Below, one piece after another: positions 1 to 6,472 of a stretch of 29,150 bases of DNA. Below the pieces are notes generated by a model that saw only the letters and a program-made list of their open reading frames with translations, searched no databases and was not told where the DNA came from. Numbering within the stretch: the stretch's first letter is position 1; each line of letters opens with the position of its first letter. Origin of the DNA: Bdellovibrionales bacterium (lineage in GTDB: Bacteria > Bdellovibrionota > JAFGOL01); assembly GCA_022710165.1 (NCBI GenBank), contig JAKLHL010000001.1, positions 1 to 29,150 of the forward strand. The letters run 5' to 3'. The position numbers and the translations under genes were made by a program.

Positions 1-2
1 CG

Positions 3-1055
3 TTCGGGATCTTAGAGATAGATAGCAAGGTAAGGTCTAAGCGTATATTCTCAACTGAAATTAAAACAGGTTTCTGGTCTAGGAAAATACCAGAACTATG
101 TCAGGGGATGGATGCCTTAAAGGCTATCCCATACATTGAAAGGATCGACCACGCTTCTCACAATCACTACTCCGTCTGCTATTCAATGTTGATAGAAAAA
201 GCTATCAACTTTAAGCCGAGCGAGCATCTTTCAAGAATAAGAACACTTCTGTTAGAAAAAGAAAGGATCTACTCTCATCTACTATACCTAAACAGGATGT
301 TCTTTCTGGCCAACAACCATGTGTTAAGCAACATCACCGAGCTAGCAATAAACAAGATGATAGAGGAGCTTGAAGAAATAAGCGGGCATAGGGCCTACGC
401 AACACTGCACAGACCTTCAGGATTGAACCAATCATTCAGTATAGGGAATCTTACTTACTCCATGTCTGTTAACGACGAGATAAAACTTTATGTCATAAAA
501 ATAAAAGATCTGGTCAAAAAAAGCACATCAATAAGGTCCATGTATTCCTCCCTCGCCTGTATAAAGAGGACAAAAGAAGGTTTTACTGGGCCGTTTTCCT
601 GGTATGTAAAAAATGGTTTCGACACCAGGACCACAGATCCGTACCTTGCTTATGGAGAGGACTGCATAAAGGGCATACTCGCCAACAAGAACATAGTTGA
701 ATCATTCTGTGCTTACGACAGGATAATGGCCATAATAGAGGACACGATATGTTCCTGCGAGATAATATCATCCATACTAAAGACAGTCATAGGTACTGAA
801 TTACCAAAGATAGAGAACCTGGACCAAATAAGCATCCCTAAGGGTGAGTTCCAATTCTCAATAGAAAGCCCGAGGGGCAAGTTAGGTATAACAGTTAACA
901 TGGGCGACAAGAACACACTAAAGTCGCTTAAAATAGAAACACCATCTGAAGCGAATAGAGGCACCCTCATCGAGGCTATCGAACACTCACCAGAAGAGCA
1001 GGTCCAAGAGGCTTTTGAAAGTCTTTACATCTCTGCCATGGAGATCGACAAATGA
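3..1055 (+). CDS. nuoD: NuoD-like subunit (complex I / group 4 hydrogenase large-subunit fold), highly divergent, 5'-partial
   Basis: The frame is open from nt 3 (FGILEIDSKVRSKRIFSTEIKTGFWSRKIPELCQG) into the listed ORF at 108, so the real start lies outside the window. NuoD-like segments: IRTLLLEKERIYSHLLYL, GFTGP..DTRTTDPYLAY, AYDRI, IPKGE..IESPRGKLG, LKIETPS. The C-terminus SLYISAMEIDK resembles NuoD SLDIVLGEVDR. No NiFe-binding CxxC motifs. Confidence 0.8.
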   Translation, partial: FGILEIDSKVRSKRIFSTEIKTGFWSRKIPELCQGMDALKAIPYIERIDHASHNHYSVCYSMLIEKAINFKPSEHLSRIRTLLLEKERIYSHLLYLNRMFFLANNHVLSNITELAINKMIEELEEISGHRAYATLHRPSGLNQSFSIGNLTYSMSVNDEIKLYVIKIKDLVKKSTSIRSMYSSLACIKRTKEGFTGPFSWYVKNGFDTRTTDPYLAYGEDCIKGILANKNIVESFCAYDRIMAIIEDTICSCEIISSILKTVIGTELPKIENLDQISIPKGEFQFSIESPRGKLGITVNMGDKNTLKSLKIETPSEANRGTLIEAIEHSPEEQVQEAFESLYISAMEIDK

Positions 1056-1744
1056 AGCCTTTGATATTTTTCATAACATTCTTGTTAACATGTCTTTTAG
1101 CTGACGCTGTTCATCACTTTTTCCTGACAAGGCTAGAAAGAAGAATAGGCTTGAGCGGTTCAATATTCAAAATGATGATAATGAACAGTCCTCTGTACCT
1201 GCAGCAAACATTATGCTTTCTGCTTATATTCACAAGCGTTTACATTTGGACCGATAACCCGCTGATAACAGCATCAGTAATAGCTATACTAAAAATATCT
1301 GACAACAAAGACAGTTATGGCTACAACATCACAAGCCTGGCATCTTTAGCATCGATCATGCTCTCGGTTTTGTTCCTCAACATATCCAGGTCCATCGAAC
1401 ACGACATGACAGTGGGCGTGCTAATATCTCTTTCTTTTATAATATATTCAGCGAGCTCATATCTCTTCTGTAAAAAAGAGCCCCAAATAAGACCGAACAC
1501 TACCATCAAGCTTATCGCCCTGAACACGACCGGGCTAGTCGCATATTTCGGGATCAAGAACGTCTATGTTCTTATGCTCTTGGCCTTGATCCTGTTCAGC
1601 GGTCAAATAATAACAGGGTGGATCATACCAAGTGTCAACAGCTTCAAGAAAATGCAAGTAGGTTCTAATATCGTGATAATCTCATCGTTCAGCATAATAC
1701 TCCTAACTTTAATATGGACTCTAATAACAAGGGGTGGCCTATAA
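1052..1744 (+). CDS. NuoH-like membrane subunit, shortened and divergent (230 aa)
   Basis: Polytopic hydrophobic ORF. LTRLERRIG resembles NuoH ARMQRRVGP after TM1. Sits between nuoD-like and nuoI. ATGA overlap with the upstream gene. Confidence 0.6.
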   Translation: MKPLIFFITFLLTCLLADAVHHFFLTRLERRIGLSGSIFKMMIMNSPLYLQQTLCFLLIFTSVYIWTDNPLITASVIAILKISDNKDSYGYNITSLASLASIMLSVLFLNISRSIEHDMTVGVLISLSFIIYSASSYLFCKKEPQIRPNTTIKLIALNTTGLVAYFGIKNVYVLMLLALILFSGQIITGWIIPSVNSFKKMQVGSNIVIISSFSIILLTLIWTLITRGGL

Positions 1745-2113
1745 ATGATAGGTAATATAATTTCGTTGCTGTTAAGAAGACAAGACGTCACTGAGATGTA
1801 CCCAAATGAAGTATCCAAACCTTTATTATCAAAAAGATCAAAAGGGTTCCTATCTGTAGACACATATAAATGCATCCTATGTGGCAAATGCTCAGAGACA
1901 TGTCCGACCAGATCGATAAAAATAGACAAACACAACCTGGCCATAAAGATAAACTATGCGACATGCATGTCTTGCGGTTACTGTGTCGACATATGCCCAG
2001 AGTCAGCGATGGTGTTTTCAAAAGAATTCGAAGGAGCATCAAAAAGACAGGATGTCTTCACTTACACTTTTAACATAATAAATGTAGCCAACATAAAAAA
2101 GGAGCCCCAATGA
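1745..2113 (+). CDS. nuoI: NuoI-like 2x[4Fe-4S] ferredoxin subunit
   Basis: Two complete CxxCxxCxxxCP motifs (CILCGKCSETCP, CMSCGYCVDICP). N-terminal TEMYPNE and C-terminal FSKEFE..RQDVFTY resemble NuoI. ATG immediately follows the upstream TAA. Confidence 0.85.
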   Translation: MIGNIISLLLRRQDVTEMYPNEVSKPLLSKRSKGFLSVDTYKCILCGKCSETCPTRSIKIDKHNLAIKINYATCMSCGYCVDICPESAMVFSKEFEGASKRQDVFTYTFNIINVANIKKEPQ

Positions 2114-2538
2114 CATATATACTTCTTTCGATACTAGCAGTTGGGACACTTTGGTTCATTATAGCTGACTCTAAGGCATCGTTTTACACGACCATAGCCC
2201 TTATAGCAGCAACGTCACTTTACCTATACATGGAAAACAGCATAAACATAGCGATGATACTCATCATCAGTTTGTCTTATTTCTGTCTACTGTCCTATTC
2301 TAAACGCTCTAACTCCTCAAAAAATACATATAAGGAACTGCTTAAGTATCTACCTTTAGCGGCTATAATATCGTTGTATTTTTTACCTGCTGGACTTGAA
2401 AAGCTTGGATCAGGGACTTCATCAGACCGCACGACACTACTTCCATCCATACTGATATCGATAATCTCTATAATGATATGCTTTACAGGCATAATAACCT
2501 CATTAAAAAGAACAAGGGGCAACAGGGACTATGATTAA
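2110..2538 (+). CDS. NuoJ-like membrane subunit, divergent (142 aa)
   Basis: About 5 hydrophobic segments. C-terminal LPSILISIISIMICFTGIITSLKR resembles the last NuoJ helix. Follows nuoI with an ATGA overlap. Confidence 0.5.
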   Translation: MTYILLSILAVGTLWFIIADSKASFYTTIALIAATSLYLYMENSINIAMILIISLSYFCLLSYSKRSNSSKNTYKELLKYLPLAAIISLYFLPAGLEKLGSGTSSDRTTLLPSILISIISIMICFTGIITSLKRTRGNRDYD

Positions 2539-2752
2539 TACACTCATACTAGCCATAGCCCTGATCATGCTTTTGTACTCGTCTGTTAAAAAGAATGTAA
2601 TAAACAGATCAATAGGCACCATCATATCCTTATGCTTGATAGCCAGTTTAATATATACCAACAAGGAAGAGCTTATAGTCGTTATAATAAATATTATGTT
2701 CATGTTGATGCTTGTAACCTTAAGTCACAAAAACTATGGAGAAAAAGAGTAG
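2531..2752 (+). CDS. NuoK-like small membrane subunit, divergent (73 aa)
   Basis: Three short hydrophobic segments with KKNVI after TM1 (NuoK RRNLI). Lies between the J-like and L-like genes; 8-nt overlap with the upstream gene. Confidence 0.5.
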   Translation: MINTLILAIALIMLLYSSVKKNVINRSIGTIISLCLIASLIYTNKEELIVVIINIMFMLMLVTLSHKNYGEKE

Positions 2753-2754
2753 TG

Positions 2755-3924
2755 ATGAACATCAGTCTAATTGATTACATATTCATTATTTCTGGCCTCA
2801 TATATGTATTGTTCATAATTATACAAAAAAGATTTAGAATATCCTCGCTTGTGGTGAGCATGCTTCCTTTGTCGCTTATATTTTTTAGATCTCGAGATAT
2901 TTATTTCCCTATACTATCGTTAATATCCGTACTTCAGGCATTCTTTTTCATTAAGAAGCGTACTCCATCCACAGCCTCAAAATACTTCTTGTACAGCTTC
3001 TTGTTCCTTCTTTGCGGCAGTGCGGTAACCAGTTCCATCTATAAAGAGATGTTCATCATTATAATAGCCATTAAAGCTTTATTCAGCGATCAGACATTAG
3101 AGATCGATAATACAGATATCTTCCACTCTAACATGCTGATAACACTCTCGGCATTGCTAAACTTACAAGGCCCTAACAGCAAAGCCTTACACCTAATAGT
3201 ACTCGGTATCATAGCCCTTGCATGTTTCAGGAGCATCTTCGACTCTAGATTAAAAGCTCCTATATATATTTCATCCATCTTCATCCTTCTTGCAACGACC
3301 CACCCAGTATATGCTGGATGTATATTCATATATGCGTTGATCTTTCATTCCATATCTGAGCCAAAAGACAGGACAGACCAAATATTGATTTTGACGGCAT
3401 CATGCCTGCCTTTTTTAGATAACACACTGTTCCAGATCGTGACCCCTTTTATACACCTAAAATGGGTGCTCCCTTCTTTGGCGGTACTAACAGCAATATC
3501 GTTCTCTTTCTACATTGAGAATGTTGAAGTAAACAAGAGATATAAAATAAGGTTTGGGAAACTGTTTCTAGTCATTTTCCCGCTAATCGTGCTAAGCTCT
3601 TTTAACATAATATGGTCCCCGAACCTTCCTACCCTAAACATGCCGATACCGCTCATAGCATGCATCGTATTGATACTATTTAACGGCCTCTACTTAAAGG
3701 TCTCACAGAGAATAAAAATAGGCACGTTGTTGCCCTCCATAACGTCAATTAAAGCAAGAAAGACTGGCGGGACCAGGAAGGGAGCCGAGAGAAGCCTTGA
3801 CTCTTTTTATATCAACTATTCTTATCTTGATAATATTATATCTAAATCAGGCACAGGCACGTTATTATTAATGCTTATGATATCTTTAATGGTAGCAGTC
3901 GCTTGTTACAGGTGGTTGGCATGA
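2755..3924 (+). CDS. NuoL-like antiporter-type membrane subunit, strongly shortened (389 aa)
   Basis: Likely start ATG 2755 (or GTG 2752) right after the upstream stop; the listed 2632 start overlaps the K-like gene. Weak NuoL-like segments: STASKYFLYSF, AIKALF..IFHSNML, SRLKAPIYISS, and a C-terminal amphipathic stretch plus final TM. Confidence 0.5.
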   Translation: MNISLIDYIFIISGLIYVLFIIIQKRFRISSLVVSMLPLSLIFFRSRDIYFPILSLISVLQAFFFIKKRTPSTASKYFLYSFLFLLCGSAVTSSIYKEMFIIIIAIKALFSDQTLEIDNTDIFHSNMLITLSALLNLQGPNSKALHLIVLGIIALACFRSIFDSRLKAPIYISSIFILLATTHPVYAGCIFIYALIFHSISEPKDRTDQILILTASCLPFLDNTLFQIVTPFIHLKWVLPSLAVLTAISFSFYIENVEVNKRYKIRFGKLFLVIFPLIVLSSFNIIWSPNLPTLNMPIPLIACIVLILFNGLYLKVSQRIKIGTLLPSITSIKARKTGGTRKGAERSLDSFYINYSYLDNIISKSGTGTLLLMLMISLMVAVACYRWLA

Positions 3925-5327
3925 ACCAATATTTGACCTTGTTAACCATAATACCGATCGCGGCGGGCTTCTTGGAATTTTTGATATGGAAAATGAATAT
4001 TTCAAGACGTCTGTATGGAGTACTGTCTATTGCAGCTTGTTTGTGTTGTTCAATATTATCCATATGGTTCTCCTATGATCATTATTACTCAAAGGAGTTG
4101 GTAAGCCTAAAGATGGGCCTACCCTGGATACAGAGCATGGGAATAAACCTCTCTTTTGGGATAGACCCTGTGTGCGCCCTGATAGCACCAATACTCATCA
4201 TATCCATGCTCTATTGTTTATTAATATCAAAACTAGACGAAGAAAAAGACAGCTTGTACTTCATCTACATGATGGCATTGATGGTCGGAGCTTCCGGTTT
4301 CATCATCTCAAGGAATATAGCTATCAAGATCTTGTTCTGGGAAATATGCTGGGTTCCCATATTCTTCATTATGATCGGTGAGGGCAAGAAAAGCATCGCT
4401 GCACATTTTTCCATAATATGGTTCATTTCTGAATTAATGATGATCTCGGGCCTTGTCTTGCTATATACTCAGATGGGGCAAAACCACCAGATAGAGAAAC
4501 TTTCTGCTTTAAGAAACAGTGATCTAAATACCGAGATAATATTTTGGTTATTCATGTCGGGTATAGTTTTAAGGAGTATGCTGCTGCCCTTCAACAAGTT
4601 GCTAGCTAAGATAATAGAAGAGCTGCCCTCCAGTTTTTCCTCAATGATCAGCGTCCTAATGCCCTCTTTATCTCTAGTATTCATGGTTCAAGTCATCATA
4701 CCTATATTCCAAATACAACTGAACACGTACAACATATATTTATCGACATCTTTAATAATAATCGCCGGCATAAATCTGATCGGCTTTATAAAAGAAAAGA
4801 CCGTCTATAGCGTTATAAACGCTCAAATAATAGTGTTTACGTCAATAATGCTGGCCTGTTTAGCAGCCATAGACAGGACGTCTATCACTGGGGCCATAGA
4901 GATGATGACGCTGAAGCTCCCTTTAAACCTTTTGATAGTATCCTGCGGAGTAATGGCGGCAAGACATGAAATGAAAATAAAAAGCGTTTACACCTGGATA
5001 TTCGTATCTGCAATATTGTTGTCCTTTGGGATACCTGGACTATCGTTGTTTGGGCCGATCTTTAAGGTTGTAGGATTTTGGAATACGCAACAACTGTGGT
5101 TAGGCATATCGATCTGTACAATATTAGCCGCGCTATTGGTCATCACAAGTTTCATAATTTCAAAAGAAATGGATATGAACAACAGATCAGATCACGCTCT
5201 TTCATATCCAGCGGTTATAACAGCTGTCATAATTATGATCATATCAATCCTGGCAGCGAGCTCCTACTCGCCGATGAAAGATATGTCGGATAATTATTTT
5301 AAAGGAATATCAGGAGATATGTATTGA
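3921..5327 (+). CDS. nuoM: NuoM-like antiporter-type membrane subunit (468 aa)
   Basis: ATG 3921 overlaps the upstream TGA (ATGA). NuoM-like motifs: LPWIQSMGINLSFGIDP, ILFWEICWVPIFFIMIG, LLPF, SFGIPGLSLF. Confidence 0.75.
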   Translation: MNQYLTLLTIIPIAAGFLEFLIWKMNISRRLYGVLSIAACLCCSILSIWFSYDHYYSKELVSLKMGLPWIQSMGINLSFGIDPVCALIAPILIISMLYCLLISKLDEEKDSLYFIYMMALMVGASGFIISRNIAIKILFWEICWVPIFFIMIGEGKKSIAAHFSIIWFISELMMISGLVLLYTQMGQNHQIEKLSALRNSDLNTEIIFWLFMSGIVLRSMLLPFNKLLAKIIEELPSSFSSMISVLMPSLSLVFMVQVIIPIFQIQLNTYNIYLSTSLIIIAGINLIGFIKEKTVYSVINAQIIVFTSIMLACLAAIDRTSITGAIEMMTLKLPLNLLIVSCGVMAARHEMKIKSVYTWIFVSAILLSFGIPGLSLFGPIFKVVGFWNTQQLWLGISICTILAALLVITSFIISKEMDMNNRSDHALSYPAVITAVIIMIISILAASSYSPMKDMSDNYFKGISGDMY

Positions 5328-6472
5328 TGTCAGAAATAATATTATCAGTATCCTGCGGCTTAATACTTCTGGTGGGTTCTTTCAAGTCTACCGCAACACA
5401 AAGACAGACCATGGCCCTTAACGCTATCTTCATGACCGGAACAACATTGGCCATAGCAGCCCAAATATTCCAAATATACGGATCGGGCATACTCCAATTG
5501 CAGAACATACTTAAGCTGTACTTTATGGTATCGTCCATTTTATTCATCCTTTACTATAGCAAGAGATTCCGAACATCAGAACGAATGGGGATATTGGGGA
5601 CAGTCTTGGCCTCATGCTTAATAATTTCATCGACCAACAGCTTGTTCATGTTCTGCTCGATGTCTCTTTTATTTATATCAGCATATACTTTTAGCATGAC
5701 CCGGGAAAGACTATCTAACAACCAGAACACCTTGCTTTTATATTCCATAATAAGCTTGATGCTGCTCTATAAAGTCTCACCCTTAATATCGCTAACATCC
5801 TTGCTTTTAATTTCTATCCTCGTTTTCATAAAGACCAAAAGCAGGGATATTGAGACATTTATAATTATCTTTACTCTGCCAATGATCATATATCTGTGCA
5901 TAGCTGAATTTTCTACACCAAATGGCGCCTTGATCAAGGAGACCTTGATGTATATTGGCCTAGCCCTTATCTCATTAATGTCACTTTTGATAATAAGCAC
6001 AAAGGAAGAAAAGATAAAAAGGTCTTGCAAGTATGGGCTGTTCTACCTTGGAAACATACTTTTGTTCATAAGTGCCGGGTCCCAAGATTCTGTGTCTGTT
6101 GCAATTATACTAATGCTGTTGATCCCTTTTATATATTCACAGCAAGTTGGCCCAATAAGTATACTTAACATGGCCATGCTGCCCCTGCTTCCTCCATTTA
6201 TAGCCAAGATGGGTTTTGCAGCCATCCTAATAGACAGCAACAACTGGATACCGTTGCCGTTTTTATTGATCTCCAGCCTTGTATTCTGGATATATGGCGC
6301 TTACGATCTGGTGAGGCTGTCCCCTTTTGCTGACAGTCAGCCAAAGAGTTACAGGCGTTTGGCTCTTGTTTATTTATCGATACTGGTCCTAATAGCTACT
6401 GCTATCTTCTTTAATTATATACAAGATGTGTTAAAAATAAGTCTGGAGAGCATTTTAAGAAAGGTGATCTAA
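5327..6472 (+). CDS. NuoN-like antiporter-type membrane subunit, shortened (381 aa)
   Basis: TGATG overlap with nuoM. Polytopic. ILNMAMLPLLPPFIAKM resembles NuoN LSLAGIPPLAGFFGKF; TNSLFMFCSMSLLFISAY resembles the TM5 region. Confidence 0.6.
   Translation: MSEIILSVSCGLILLVGSFKSTATQRQTMALNAIFMTGTTLAIAAQIFQIYGSGILQLQNILKLYFMVSSILFILYYSKRFRTSERMGILGTVLASCLIISSTNSLFMFCSMSLLFISAYTFSMTRERLSNNQNTLLLYSIISLMLLYKVSPLISLTSLLLISILVFIKTKSRDIETFIIIFTLPMIIYLCIAEFSTPNGALIKETLMYIGLALISLMSLLIISTKEEKIKRSCKYGLFYLGNILLFISAGSQDSVSVAIILMLLIPFIYSQQVGPISILNMAMLPLLPPFIAKMGFAAILIDSNNWIPLPFLLISSLVFWIYGAYDLVRLSPFADSQPKSYRRLALVYLSILVLIATAIFFNYIQDVLKISLESILRKVI

Noticed and set aside
2632-2754. Longer N-terminus for the NuoL-like ORF
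   Set aside because: It overlaps the NuoK-like gene by about 120 nt and is non-hydrophobic; ATG 2755 directly follows the upstream stop.
3-6472. Group 4 NiFe hydrogenase or Ehr complex
   Set aside because: The large subunit lacks both CxxC motifs, its C-terminus (SAMEIDK) is NuoD-like, and the gene order D-H-I-J-K-L-M-N follows nuo operons.
1052-6472. Annotating the nuo-like genes as pseudogenes
   Set aside because: No frameshifts or premature stops are visible and every junction keeps translational coupling; they are better treated as divergent CDSs until dN/dS is computed.
3-6472. Horizontal acquisition of the nuo-like block
   Set aside because: No integrase, transposase, tRNA or flanking repeat is seen, and base composition and heavy ATA codon use look similar to the housekeeping genes by eye (not computed).
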